A stretch of DNA of 64,000 nt from a virus (IMGVR_UViG_3300047321_000298:1-64000), one strand, 5' to 3'; positions 17,776 to 26,764 are shown, counted from the stretch's first letter. Numbers and translations are program-made. The notes: a model not told the origin generated them from the letters alone.

Positions 17776-18267
17776 CTTACACCGAACAAGAACTGTTTGA
17801 CAAAGTTTTAGGACACCTCGCGCAACAGAAGGTGAAGAGCGCGGTGTTTAACGAACCTACCACGCTCCATTCGGAAGGAAACTGGTCCTGCCTTTATCGC
17901 GGGCCGAACAACACGCAGTGTGCGTTTGGTGTACTCATTCCTGATGCGGCTTATACGCCCTTCTTGGAGGGCTGGCTTCACGTGCAGAACGCTTCTAAAC
18001 GAGGCGGAGCGAAAGGTTGCGGGAGAGGCTTTGGGTGAATACCGACTCACTTTGAATGAATATCGACTTAAAGAGGCGATGACTACCTCATTCGTGGACG
18101 CAATGATTCCGTTGATTCCGCACAAGGAACTTTTGCGAGGGCTACAGGCCGTCCACGATTCAGACTCTGGCCCGGATTCGTGGGGCTGGCGGCTTGAAAC
18201 ACTCGCAAAATCCCACGGTCTGGAATTCGACCGTGCCGCGTTCGAACAAAAAATGAAGAGTGAATAG
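17772..18267 (+). pseudogene. Frameshifted hypothetical gene (4-bp GGCT duplication)
   Basis: ORFs 17772..18038 and 17920..18267 join into one 163 aa frame if one GGCT of GGCTGGCT (17970-17977) is removed. Confidence 0.65.
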
Positions 18268-18692
18268 TGAATCTCGCTAGAGAAAAAATCCTCGAAGTTC
18301 TGGAGAAGCACGGGCCCCAAACTCGTTACGCTGATTCGTGGACAGATGAACACCACATAGCGTTCGCTCAAGGGATTCTTGAAGCGGCCAGCGCGCAGCG
18401 TCCGGACATTTCGGAGTTTGAAGAACTGCTGGACGATCTGGCGGGTGCGGTTGCCGAGACGGCAGTATTCAACGTAACTCAGCGCTCGATGACCGTTCGT
18501 ATGGTTCGGCCGCGCCGGATAGCCGTCCTGAAGTTCGTAGCTGATTTGGTGGCACGAGTTTCGAACAGGCAGCAAGCTGGTTACGTGATGAAACACAAGA
18601 CGGGTCCTGGCCGTGGCTTTTCGTGGGATGCAAACGACAAGCAGTTCAGTGCCGACTGGATTCGAATCCCCGCATTTATCGAACAAAAATGA
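18267..18692 (+). CDS. Hypothetical protein
   Basis: Stop/start-coupled ORF in the accessory array. Confidence 0.55.
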   Translation: MNLAREKILEVLEKHGPQTRYADSWTDEHHIAFAQGILEAASAQRPDISEFEELLDDLAGAVAETAVFNVTQRSMTVRMVRPRRIAVLKFVADLVARVSNRQQAGYVMKHKTGPGRGFSWDANDKQFSADWIRIPAFIEQK

Positions 18693-19222
18693 ACAAGACA
18701 AAAATTGAAGCGTTGCGCAACGAGCTACTGCAGGAAGCGGACCGGCTCAACCGACCGACAGGCCAACTGGGGCGCATTGCGCGCAAATTGACTGCGATTC
18801 TGGAAGAGGAATCGACGCCAGAACAGGCTGGGAGTACTCCGCCTAACAGATGGGCCAAAGAGGGCGAAGCGGACCCGCACGGCACGTCCTATGACTGCGA
18901 GCGGGCATCTTTGACGCTGGGCCAATACACGGATGACGAATTGGCGAACGGGGTTTTCCTGAACGCCGATCAGCCGATGAACATAGAGCGCATCCTAGCC
19001 CGCGATCCGAACTATCACGCGCCGATTGCCTGGCTCACTGCAGCGAAGGACCGTATCCGGTGGCTGTCACGTGCGCTCGTGCGCGCTGAGAGTGCAGGGG
19101 GTTCGCTGACGCCCGCTCAGTGGGCTGACGTTTATTACTTCGCTCGCGCGTCTGAAATCGGTGAATTTTTGGGACGTGCCGAGGAAGTTTTTAACGCCTC
19201 ACTTGTGGAGAAGCGCCAATGA
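18689..19222 (+). CDS. Hypothetical protein with prophage ead/Ea22-like module
   Basis: ATGA overlap at 18689; CERASLTLGQYTDDELAN..LTAAKDRIRWLSRAL module resembles temperate-phage accessory proteins. Confidence 0.55.
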   Translation: MNKTKIEALRNELLQEADRLNRPTGQLGRIARKLTAILEEESTPEQAGSTPPNRWAKEGEADPHGTSYDCERASLTLGQYTDDELANGVFLNADQPMNIERILARDPNYHAPIAWLTAAKDRIRWLSRALVRAESAGGSLTPAQWADVYYFARASEIGEFLGRAEEVFNASLVEKRQ

Positions 19223-19668
19223 ATCGCGAGTCCCTGTACAAGCTGATCCAAAGTTTCGGATACACCACCGCTCCGCAGACAGACGAACTGGTTGGCGCGA
19301 TTTTCTCAGCTATGCCTCCGTCAGAACCGGTCTATGAGGCGATGGCTACGGACGAGGATCACATCGAAAACGGCCCGAAAGACATCTGGATGGACTGCGA
19401 GTCTGACTTCTTCGAGCAGATGCGAACGCGCAAAGATATGCGAACGCGCATCCTGTACACGGCACCACCATCAGACAAGTTCGTGAGCATCGAACTGCTC
19501 AAGGAGAAGGTTGAGAAGATGAAGGAGCCGCTCGATTCCAGCGTGACACAGGAGCGGAGTAGCGGGTGGCGAGCGGCAGTGGAAAGCTTCGAGATTGAGT
19601 TCATTCCGGAGGCTAGAGAAGCGCACGCTGCGTTCTGGCGAGCGGCTGCGAAAGGGAGCAAATCATGA
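19219..19668 (+). CDS. Hypothetical protein
   Basis: ATGA-coupled ORF. Confidence 0.55.
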   Translation: MNRESLYKLIQSFGYTTAPQTDELVGAIFSAMPPSEPVYEAMATDEDHIENGPKDIWMDCESDFFEQMRTRKDMRTRILYTAPPSDKFVSIELLKEKVEKMKEPLDSSVTQERSSGWRAAVESFEIEFIPEAREAHAAFWRAAAKGSKS

Positions 19669-19907
19669 GAGGCGAGCAGCGGGAAGAGCAGCGCGCGCTG
19701 TTCGAGGAACGGGCGTTCAATCAGCGTTTCCTGATGTCGATCCGGAAAGTGGGCCAGGGCTGCATGACATTTCAGGCGGTAGGGTGCCCGACCAAGGCTG
19801 AATTTGTGAAGCGTCAAGCTGATGGCTCGTACGAGGACCAGACTCTCAATGCAATGTGGTGGGCGTGGTGCGAAGCGGTCAGACTCAACAGAGGGGCGGA
19901 GGAATGA
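19665..19907 (+). CDS. Hypothetical protein
   Basis: ATGA-coupled; GSYED..LNAMWWAW motif. Confidence 0.55.
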   Translation: MRGEQREEQRALFEERAFNQRFLMSIRKVGQGCMTFQAVGCPTKAEFVKRQADGSYEDQTLNAMWWAWCEAVRLNRGAEE

Positions 19908-20248
19908 AGACGCTTAGTGGCAACCAAAAGGCGCTCGCCTTGAACCTGGCCAGGCACGCAGAGGAATCACACATTCTTGCGGGCAACGAGGTTTGTGCTG
20001 AACTCATGAAGCAGTGTGGGAGGACAATCCGCGAATTACTGGGGACTCGCATCGAACTGGACGATCTGGTGAAGGACGCTAGTGATCACCGACTGTCAGA
20101 CGATCTGATAGGCAAGCGTTTCCGCATGCTCTTGAGTGATCCCACCTGCACATGCGGCGTTTCGACGGGCACGCCGCACGCTGAAGACTGCCCGATAACG
20201 TCACACGTGCGAGCGCTGTTCGCACAGTCCGGAGAGTACCCGTCATGA
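19904..20248 (+). CDS. Hypothetical protein with Cys/His motif
   Basis: SD GGAGG, ATG 19904; CTCG..TGTPHAEDC. Confidence 0.55.
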   Translation: MKTLSGNQKALALNLARHAEESHILAGNEVCAELMKQCGRTIRELLGTRIELDDLVKDASDHRLSDDLIGKRFRMLLSDPTCTCGVSTGTPHAEDCPITSHVRALFAQSGEYPS

Positions 20249-20799
20249 GCGTCACACAAATAACGAACGAGCGGATTATCGAACTGCTGAACGAGGCAGA
20301 TCGCGAAACGATTGAGTCCGAAGACAGTCAGGCGTTTTACATCCGGTTCGCGCGGAAGATTGAACAGGAGATGTCCCCGACGAAGGACGCGGAAGACGCA
20401 GCTTTGTTCCGTCATCTGGTTGAGCACGCGTGGGAATTCAAGACATCCTTCGACAAGGAGGGTCAGCCGACCCGGATCAAGGCTGACTTCAAAATCACGA
20501 CGCTGACTAGCGACAGCATGGGCGACAGTATCCGTTCGCTGGTTCATGACTTCGGAAAGAACGCGGAAGCGCTAAGCGAGAAACTCGAAATGACAGCGAC
20601 TGAATGCGCGGTTGGGGGTTGCTCGAAGATCGGCTGCGAGGGCGGAATCTACTGCTTCAACGCAGACGGTACGCGCAAGGAAGTGACAGAGGGCCAGAAA
20701 GAGCAACTGCGCGATGCGCTGAAACAGTTCACGCAAGGGAATGATGATCAGCGGCCGGAACTACCCGCCGCTTCAAGTGCAGGGGAGGCGGTAGGGTGA
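20245..20799 (+). CDS. Hypothetical mosaic protein
   Basis: ATGA-coupled ORF; Cys cluster CAVGGCSKIGCEGGIYC. Confidence 0.55.
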   Translation: MSVTQITNERIIELLNEADRETIESEDSQAFYIRFARKIEQEMSPTKDAEDAALFRHLVEHAWEFKTSFDKEGQPTRIKADFKITTLTSDSMGDSIRSLVHDFGKNAEALSEKLEMTATECAVGGCSKIGCEGGIYCFNADGTRKEVTEGQKEQLRDALKQFTQGNDDQRPELPAASSAGEAVG

Positions 20800-21110
20800 G
20801 CCTATACCAATGTGAGCACTGCGGCTGCATGGAGAACACTGCACCTGGGATGCAGCCCAAAACCCCTGAAAGGTGGTTCGACTGGACCGGTATCGAAGAC
20901 CGAAAGGGCAAGCATCTGTGCAGCGTGTGTGGTCCCACGAAGTACCGCAGTGGTGAGCCGACTGAATATGGCGTATGGCATGGGCTGTTCCCCCGCTATT
21001 TCCTACCGATGGGCGAATTCAGGACGAACCGCGTGGGCAACCTAGAGCACATTAAAACGGGCAGCACCGACTGGAAGCCGTTTGTTTTGCGGCAAGAGGA
21101 ACCGATATGA
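20796..21110 (+). CDS. Hypothetical zinc-binding protein
   Basis: YQCEHCGC..LCSVC; GTGA overlap. Confidence 0.6.
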   Translation: MSLYQCEHCGCMENTAPGMQPKTPERWFDWTGIEDRKGKHLCSVCGPTKYRSGEPTEYGVWHGLFPRYFLPMGEFRTNRVGNLEHIKTGSTDWKPFVLRQEEPI

Positions 21111-22318
21111 CGAACCTAACGAATCCCCCTGGCGCTGAGGGGCAAGACACAGTGCGGGGCGATAACGCCGCGTCGATTGAACCTATCGTCGTCCTGACCA
21201 ATGAAGAATTGAATGCGCTCACAAAGCAGCGATTCGGGAACATGCACCAACGGTACGCAGAAGGATTTCGCCGCCTCATGTGTGACGCCATCGAAGCAAA
21301 CGCCGTGAAATCTCGCGTTGCCTCCGCTGTGCTGGCCACGGCTAAGGACGGCGAGGATTGCATCAATTGCGGCACCCGCGTCGATCCTCGCTGCGGATGC
21401 GAACGGGGACGAAAGCTTGCCGCGTACTATCGAACTCCTGAGAATGCAGTGCCGCCGTCGTCCACAGCAGCGACGAGTTCAACGGACCGCTGCTATGCAC
21501 CCGCATGCGGCAAGTGGGATGGCAATGATTCGTGCACGTGCCAGCGAGTTACGGCCACAGAAGCGCAGCTTGAGAATCTTGACGTGGCGGTCCACAAGTT
21601 GGCGACAACGCACGCACTGGATCGCACGGGCTCAGGTGGTTGGATTTTTGAAAACCACAAGCTGTTCCTTTTCGCCCACGAGCTAGGCCCAAAGTATCCG
21701 GCCGCAACAAAGGCTGTGTCGCTGACTGATGATGCGCGCGAATGCCTGATGGATGTCGTTACCCATCACCATGACTTTCGGACTGCATGCATCGAGGTGA
21801 AAGCATCCAATGAAACGACGCGCAGTGATGAGTCATATTGGCAAAAGCAAATCGATGTGCTGGACCGCATGAGAGCGCAAGCGGAACGCGCGCTAGCTGC
21901 ACGCGGACAGGTCACGACGAAGCGTGACGAACCCCGGCTAGATAAGCCCGCTCAGGTTGGGGGAACCCGATTTCATGCGGGAGTGAAGTGGTCCACGGTA
22001 ATCGCAGCCACGCAACGACACTTCGAATACATGCAGACCCCTGAGAAAGAGGCTGAACGTATCGAGAAAGGCAAGGCGCTTGTTGAGTATCTTTTGAGCG
22101 GGCAGGCCGCGTCACCGGAAGCAGCGGAGAACGAGGCACTGCTCAAAGCGCTAGCTGAATGCCGCGAGGCGTTCCCTGTGCCAGAGGAGGGCTCGACGCT
22201 GGATGGCTACTGGGTGTCTGCGGTCGGTGACCCCTTCGAAGTTCCGGCTTACATACGCGCCGCGCTTGCTGCGCAAAAAGTTGCCGAGAACACGCAAAAA
22301 CCAAACGTTAAAGGATAA
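21107..22318 (+). CDS. Mosaic accessory protein
   Basis: 403 aa of short modules joined by A/T/S/P linkers, ending RAALAAQKVAE. Confidence 0.6.
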   Translation: MTNLTNPPGAEGQDTVRGDNAASIEPIVVLTNEELNALTKQRFGNMHQRYAEGFRRLMCDAIEANAVKSRVASAVLATAKDGEDCINCGTRVDPRCGCERGRKLAAYYRTPENAVPPSSTAATSSTDRCYAPACGKWDGNDSCTCQRVTATEAQLENLDVAVHKLATTHALDRTGSGGWIFENHKLFLFAHELGPKYPAATKAVSLTDDARECLMDVVTHHHDFRTACIEVKASNETTRSDESYWQKQIDVLDRMRAQAERALAARGQVTTKRDEPRLDKPAQVGGTRFHAGVKWSTVIAATQRHFEYMQTPEKEAERIEKGKALVEYLLSGQAASPEAAENEALLKALAECREAFPVPEEGSTLDGYWVSAVGDPFEVPAYIRAALAAQKVAENTQKPNVKG

Positions 22319-22322
22319 TTAC

Positions 22323-22685
22323 ATGACATCCAAAGTCACGACGGTAACCGACGTGCTGATGGCGCGCATCGTTAGCGGACAGTACGTCCACGTCCTGCCC
22401 CCTCAGGATAAGTTGTCGCTTAACCTTAAGGTCAGTCGGACATCGGTGCGCGAAGCAGTCTCCAAGCTCGAAGTCTGGAATGTTGTCGCGGTTCGTCCCA
22501 AGACAGGCACGAAAATCAATCCGCCCAAAGACTGGTCTATGGTCAGTCTGCCGGTGGTAAAGTACCGGTTGATGTCAGAGGGACGCGGACTGAGTGTCGA
22601 AACGATAGACAGCCTGCTGGAAGAAATACGCGCCACTCTGCTGGAGGTTGTGACACCTAGTGCCGCACCAGACACGGCCGGTTGA
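22323..22685 (+). CDS. GntR/FadR-family winged-HTH domain without effector domain
   Basis: IVSGQY..LPP..KL...LKVSRTSVREAVSKLE...V.VRPKTGT.INPPKDW matches the GntR DBD; protein ends ~35 aa later. Confidence 0.8.
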   Translation: MTSKVTTVTDVLMARIVSGQYVHVLPPQDKLSLNLKVSRTSVREAVSKLEVWNVVAVRPKTGTKINPPKDWSMVSLPVVKYRLMSEGRGLSVETIDSLLEEIRATLLEVVTPSAAPDTAG

Positions 22686-22699
22686 TAAAAGGCAAAGAG

Positions 22700-22927
22700 A
22701 TGAGTCCGAGGATCGACAAGCTCAGAGCAGGCCAGCGCGTGAGACTGGCTAACGGAGGACACGCGGTAATCCGTCAGCAGGATAGGGCGATGAAGCTGGT
22801 GACCGGCACGTCAGAGTACGGTGACCAATCGTTCATCTGGACGTATGACGGGGCCGCCGTTTCGTGTTTTTCCGTTTGCGTGCGTCAACGGATGCCAACC
22901 CTTGACATCGTTGAAGTGTTGATCTGA
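22700..22927 (+). CDS. Hypothetical protein
   Basis: ATG 22700; followed by a terminator. Confidence 0.5.
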   Translation: MSPRIDKLRAGQRVRLANGGHAVIRQQDRAMKLVTGTSEYGDQSFIWTYDGAAVSCFSVCVRQRMPTLDIVEVLI

Positions 22928-22946
22928 TTTTCGCGTATCTGGTACG

Positions 22947-22969
22947 ACCCGCTTCGGCGGGTTTTCTTT
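22947..22969 (+). terminator. Intrinsic terminator with UUCG loop
   Basis: ACCCGC-TTCG-GCGGGT-TTTCTTT. Confidence 0.85.
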
Positions 22970-22979
22970 CCTCTAGTTG

Positions 22980-23008
22980 TTGACGTTCTGTGCAAAGTCA
23001 CTTAGAAT
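22980..23008 (+). promoter_or_regulatory. Sigma70-type promoter with TGTGCA spacer motif
   Basis: TTGACG-TTC-TGTGCA-AAGTCACT-TAGAAT directly after a terminator. Confidence 0.7.
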
Positions 23009-23046
23009 GGACTTGTTGGTTGAGTGAACGACTGAGGGGAACGAAA

Positions 23047-23340
23047 ATGGCGGGTCAATATCTTGCACTTTGTCAGCGATGCAACGGCACCGGCCGGTAT
23101 GATCGCGGTGCCTGTTTTGGTTGCCGCCCCTTCGGATCGTTGGGCTGGGTTCGCCGGGTATCGAGGGCTAAGGACGGTGCCCAAGTGACTGCGATACGGG
23201 ATGCAGCGGAAGGGCGGATTGACTGGATCGTGATTTACAACGCGACCCCGAAGCAAGCTGTTCAGATCGTGCAACGGCAAATGCGTGTAGCAGGAAAGCC
23301 TGAAGCGTTGATCGAAAGCGTTCAGGCTCGTGTTCTCTGA
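23047..23340 (+). CDS. Hypothetical protein with CxxCxGxG zinc-finger motif
   Basis: SD GAGGGG; CQRCNGTGRY..ACFGC. Confidence 0.6.
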   Translation: MAGQYLALCQRCNGTGRYDRGACFGCRPFGSLGWVRRVSRAKDGAQVTAIRDAAEGRIDWIVIYNATPKQAVQIVQRQMRVAGKPEALIESVQARVL

Positions 23341-23357
23341 CGTTGGGCCAGACAAAA

Positions 23358-23573
23358 ATGACGAAGCTTACCGTAAGTCGGGAGTGGCTGATTCACGAAG
23401 CCACCTCAATCGAGCAGTCTGCGCAGGAGTCGCTGAGGGCTTGGATTCTGTTGGGCAAGATGGAATTCTATGGTCAGGCGATGTCGAAGGCCGTTCAACT
23501 GCGGAGGATCGCGGAAGTCAAAAGCATCAGCGAGCGGCGCTTTCTGCTTCGCGAGCTTGGATACAATTGCTGA
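23358..23573 (+). CDS. Hypothetical protein
   Basis: Short ORF in co-oriented array. Confidence 0.45.
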   Translation: MTKLTVSREWLIHEATSIEQSAQESLRAWILLGKMEFYGQAMSKAVQLRRIAEVKSISERRFLLRELGYNC

Positions 23574-23601
23574 GACAATACACTACGCTAAGGGGCACAC
23601 G

Positions 23602-23838
23602 ATGAACAGCAAGCAGCGTCGCAAAGAATACAGGGCAATGCCGAAAGCAGGCACGCGCGTCAATTGGAGCAGTAAGTCCGGCCGCCCGATGGAAGGCGTT
23701 GCTGTTGGGCCGCACCCCGCTCACCAGGATAAGTGGAACGAAGAGCGCGGCAACGTTCCGAGCGTGCATCGCATGAAAGTGAGTCTGATCGGCGGGGCCC
23801 ATGTTCATCCGCTCGTGTCGGGCCTGCGATCTGTTTGA
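23602..23838 (+). CDS. Hypothetical basic protein
   Basis: SD AAGGGG, ATG 23602. Confidence 0.5.
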   Translation: MNSKQRRKEYRAMPKAGTRVNWSSKSGRPMEGVAVGPHPAHQDKWNEERGNVPSVHRMKVSLIGGAHVHPLVSGLRSV

Positions 23839-23883
23839 CGAGCGGCGCACAGACTGCTGACCAAACACAAAGAAGGGGATGCA

Positions 23884-24150
23884 ATGAAAGTCATGATTAA
23901 CGATCAGCCGTACGTGTCGATTGCCTTGCTCGAACGGGCGCTCGCGGCACACGGTGAAGCGCTCGAAGCGTATCGCCAACTTTGCGCTGAAACGAATAGC
24001 TGGTCGATCCCGGATGGCTTGACGGAGCGTCAGAAGGAAAACATCCGCGCGAGCCTCAACGGATTCGAACGACAGGCGGATCGCTCGGAGAAGGTGGCGG
24101 AAAAATTGCGTCGCGACATCGCTGCGCTGAACGAACAAGCATCTGCTTAA
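23884..24150 (+). CDS. Hypothetical helical protein
   Basis: SD AAGGGG. Confidence 0.55.
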   Translation: MKVMINDQPYVSIALLERALAAHGEALEAYRQLCAETNSWSIPDGLTERQKENIRASLNGFERQADRSEKVAEKLRRDIAALNEQASA

Positions 24151-24163
24151 CAAAGGAAAAACG

Positions 24164-24715
24164 ATGACCACTATTTGCTGCCCGTCCTGCGACTGGACCG
24201 GCTATTCGTACGAAGCGAACAGCCTGACCAACGATCAACTTCGCGCACTGCAACCCGGCACGCCGGTACCGTACGGCGCGTGCCCGCTCTGCCGCACGCC
24301 GCTCATTCCGGGCCAGGTCTTCGCGAGCGACGAACTTCACCCGGAATTCGACTGGAACGCGGAACGTCCCGAACGTCAGAACCTCACGCAGTATCAGCGG
24401 GACTGCCTGGTGAACCTGATTGCGAAGCTGGTGCCGGACCATCCGGGTTTCCTGGGCTCGAACGAAATCGCGTTTGCTCTGCGCTCGACTATCGGGTCTG
24501 AAATCCCTATCGACTGCCCGCCGTTCAACCAGTTGACGTTGGCTCCGTACATGCAATCGTGGGTCTATCCGCTGCTGGTCGGCGCACTCTACGGTGAGCC
24601 GTATCCTGGACATCGTCGCCACGCTGCAGACGACGCGGCACAAGTGCGCAACGCAGTGAAGATCAAGCGCATCGCGCCAGAACAGACGGGCAGCACTGAC
24701 GAGCTTCTATCATGA
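24164..24715 (+). CDS. Hypothetical protein with N-terminal zinc ribbon
   Basis: CCPSCDW...GACPLC; SD AAGGA. Confidence 0.6.
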   Translation: MTTICCPSCDWTGYSYEANSLTNDQLRALQPGTPVPYGACPLCRTPLIPGQVFASDELHPEFDWNAERPERQNLTQYQRDCLVNLIAKLVPDHPGFLGSNEIAFALRSTIGSEIPIDCPPFNQLTLAPYMQSWVYPLLVGALYGEPYPGHRRHAADDAAQVRNAVKIKRIAPEQTGSTDELLS

Positions 24716-24927
24716 CGACTACTGGACGCGAAAAGCGCATACCACTGACCGAGAGCGAGGTTGCGTTCCTCATTAAGAAGGCGGGGCACCACCGGCCGCT
24801 TGAACTGACGTTTGGTCGGCGCGTATGCCTGCGCGTCACGGATGAGAGCGCATGGGCTATTCCCTACCTCATGGCCTGTCGCCTGCAAACGATAGACCAA
24901 CTCATCCAATACGGCGTGCTGCACTGA
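24712..24927 (+). CDS. Hypothetical protein
   Basis: ATGA-coupled. Confidence 0.5.
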   Translation: MTTTGREKRIPLTESEVAFLIKKAGHHRPLELTFGRRVCLRVTDESAWAIPYLMACRLQTIDQLIQYGVLH

Positions 24928-24941
24928 CCCACGAGCACGGC

Positions 24942-25289
24942 ATGAGAATCCACGACCCCGCATCGTTGCCTGTTTGGATGACTGATCCAGGCCCTATCGA
25001 CGTGACCCACCATGCATGGATCAGATGGTGCGAAAGATACCCAGGCCAGAATCTCTTTGCGACCTACGCGCGGGCGAAACCGCTGACATCAGGGTACAGG
25101 AGACGGATTCGCGAGAGGTTCCCCGAACTGTATGCGAAATGGTTCGGCTCTGGCTGGAACGGCCGGAACTTACGGATGACCGGCGAAGGAGTTGTGTTCG
25201 TCTGCTCGCTGCGAAAGGGACACGTTGATCTGCTGATCACAGTGTTTCCGATGATGCCGAAGAGCGGGGCGGGGACCGTAATCGATTAG
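24942..25289 (+). CDS. Hypothetical protein, possible RelE-like/BECR-fold RNase
   Basis: VTHHAWIRWCER N-terminal motif and VVFV..LLITVF C-terminal strands. Confidence 0.4.
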   Translation: MRIHDPASLPVWMTDPGPIDVTHHAWIRWCERYPGQNLFATYARAKPLTSGYRRRIRERFPELYAKWFGSGWNGRNLRMTGEGVVFVCSLRKGHVDLLITVFPMMPKSGAGTVID

Positions 25290-25327
25290 GCCGCTCTGCG
25301 CTCAACATAAATAACGAAGGACGAGAT

Positions 25328-25627
25328 ATGCCAGTCGAAGATTTGCACGAAGTTGCAGGCGTCACAGGCGGTCACGCAGTGGTCAAGATTCAGTCCGGGA
25401 CCGATCACAAATGGATCGAGCTTTACGACGAAGAGTGGGACACGATTCTCGGAACGCTGCCTGCGGAGACGGGCGCGGATACGATCAGCACGGTGCTAAG
25501 CATGATCAACCGCGCGTTTGATCGCGGCTTCGAAACCGGCAAGGCGCGCAAGCAATACGAACTGTGTGAAGTGCTCGGAGTGCATCGGCTCGTGCGTGAT
25601 CTGAAGGACGAAATCAGGGAAAGGTGA
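25328..25627 (+). CDS. Hypothetical protein
   Basis: SD AAGGA. Confidence 0.55.
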   Translation: MPVEDLHEVAGVTGGHAVVKIQSGTDHKWIELYDEEWDTILGTLPAETGADTISTVLSMINRAFDRGFETGKARKQYELCEVLGVHRLVRDLKDEIRER

Positions 25628-25812
25628 CTGGATTGATAACGGAGAAAGAGTTGCCAAAGGGCTACGCGTGCGAAGCTTGTGGCACGGAGCACCGGTTCCC
25701 TGCCTATGTGTACGCACACTGGGAGGTGCGGATTACGCACTCGTGCGACTGCGGGGCGAAGCACGGCGTTCTGTGCGGCGTTGCTACACTTGTTGAACAA
25801 AACGAAGAATAG
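25624..25812 (+). CDS. Small zinc-ribbon protein
   Basis: CEACG..HSCDCG; GTGA overlap. Confidence 0.55.
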   Translation: MTGLITEKELPKGYACEACGTEHRFPAYVYAHWEVRITHSCDCGAKHGVLCGVATLVEQNEE

Positions 25813-25840
25813 TTGACGGTTTGTGCAGGACCTGTATAAT
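25813..25840 (+). promoter_or_regulatory. Sigma70-type promoter with TGTGCA spacer motif
   Basis: TTGACG-GTT-TGTGCA-GGACCTG-TATAAT (16-bp spacer). Confidence 0.7.
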
Positions 25841-25882
25841 CGGTTCTGTTGGTGTTGGAGGTGAAACGAATCGGGGATCGAA

Positions 25883-26125
25883 ATGAGCAAATTTACTGAC
25901 CAGTTTGACGCGGTGGTGGCGGCGTTGGATAGTGCACCATTCGCCGCGCAAGTTGCTTGGGATTCAGCAAGTTGCCATGCTCAAAACGTTCTTGGTGGCG
26001 AAGCATGCAAGTGGGAAACGGAGGCATTCAAGGAATACGTTGTCGGCTGCGTTGACCAAGCTTCGTACTTTCAGGAAAGCGCTGAGGCACGGGAGTTTTT
26101 CGAAGAGTTCGGTATCTTTGGCTGA
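25883..26125 (+). CDS. Hypothetical acidic protein
   Basis: SD GGGG; first gene after promoter. Confidence 0.55.
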   Translation: MSKFTDQFDAVVAALDSAPFAAQVAWDSASCHAQNVLGGEACKWETEAFKEYVVGCVDQASYFQESAEAREFFEEFGIFG

Positions 26126-26135
26126 GGGGAACGGG

Positions 26136-26525
26136 ATGGACGGAAAGATTCTTGCTGTGGATGTGTGCTCTGATCTGTACGTAGCGGGCCGCACGGAAGA
26201 CGGTGAGCAGTACACGGCTGAGGTTTATCTGGTGTGCGCTGAATTTGCGGACGGTTCCGTGTACGCGCACGTCGAGCGCTTCAAGGGTTGCAAGGTCGAA
26301 CAGGTCGATACAGAAGATGAGTCGTTCACCGCGTTCGTTGACATCCGTGAAGAACAGAAAGCTAAGGCCGAGAAACTGGCTGCGCGTGTCAATCAGTGTG
26401 TGGCTACAGGCCGCAAGCTCGATCCGCAGTTCTGGACGTTTCATCGCACAGTGTACGGGTCTTCAGCCTACCTCCACGAAGTTGCAGAAATGACGCCACG
26501 CCAACGCGCGGGCGAACCGGATTAA
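26136..26525 (+). CDS. Hypothetical protein
   Basis: SD GAGGGG, ATG 26136. Confidence 0.55.
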   Translation: MDGKILAVDVCSDLYVAGRTEDGEQYTAEVYLVCAEFADGSVYAHVERFKGCKVEQVDTEDESFTAFVDIREEQKAKAEKLAARVNQCVATGRKLDPQFWTFHRTVYGSSAYLHEVAEMTPRQRAGEPD

Positions 26526-26536
26526 GGGAGTAGCAG

Positions 26537-26764
26537 ATGGGTATCAAGTACGCCGTAGAGCAGCGCCTTCGCTTCATTGATTTTTTGGTGTCTCACTACG
26601 GCACGATCAACAGGGAAGCGCTCACCGACTACTACGGTATCTCGTTGCCTCAGGCGTCTGACGACATCGCTGAGTACAAAAAGATGGCACCGAATAACAT
26701 CATGTATGACAACACCAAGAAGACCTACGTACGGGGCGCACTGTTCGCGCGGGTGTGGGGCTGA
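26537..26764 (+). CDS. Stand-alone winged-HTH of the CapW/BrxR (WYL regulator) type
   Basis: EQRLRFIDF..HYGTINREAL.DYYGIS.PQASDDIAEY..MAPNN..YD..KKTYV matches the recalled N-terminal domain of CapW-like WYL repressors; no WYL/WCX domains follow. Confidence 0.75.
   Translation: MGIKYAVEQRLRFIDFLVSHYGTINREALTDYYGISLPQASDDIAEYKKMAPNNIMYDNTKKTYVRGALFARVWG

Noticed and set aside
18655-18675. GGATTCGAATCCC resembling a tRNA T-arm
   Set aside because: Lies in-frame in ORF 18267..18692 (WIRIP); no acceptor, D or anticodon arms around it.
17808-18701. 297 aa minus-strand ORF
   Set aside because: Antisense shadow over a run of coupled plus-strand genes; no motif or RBS.
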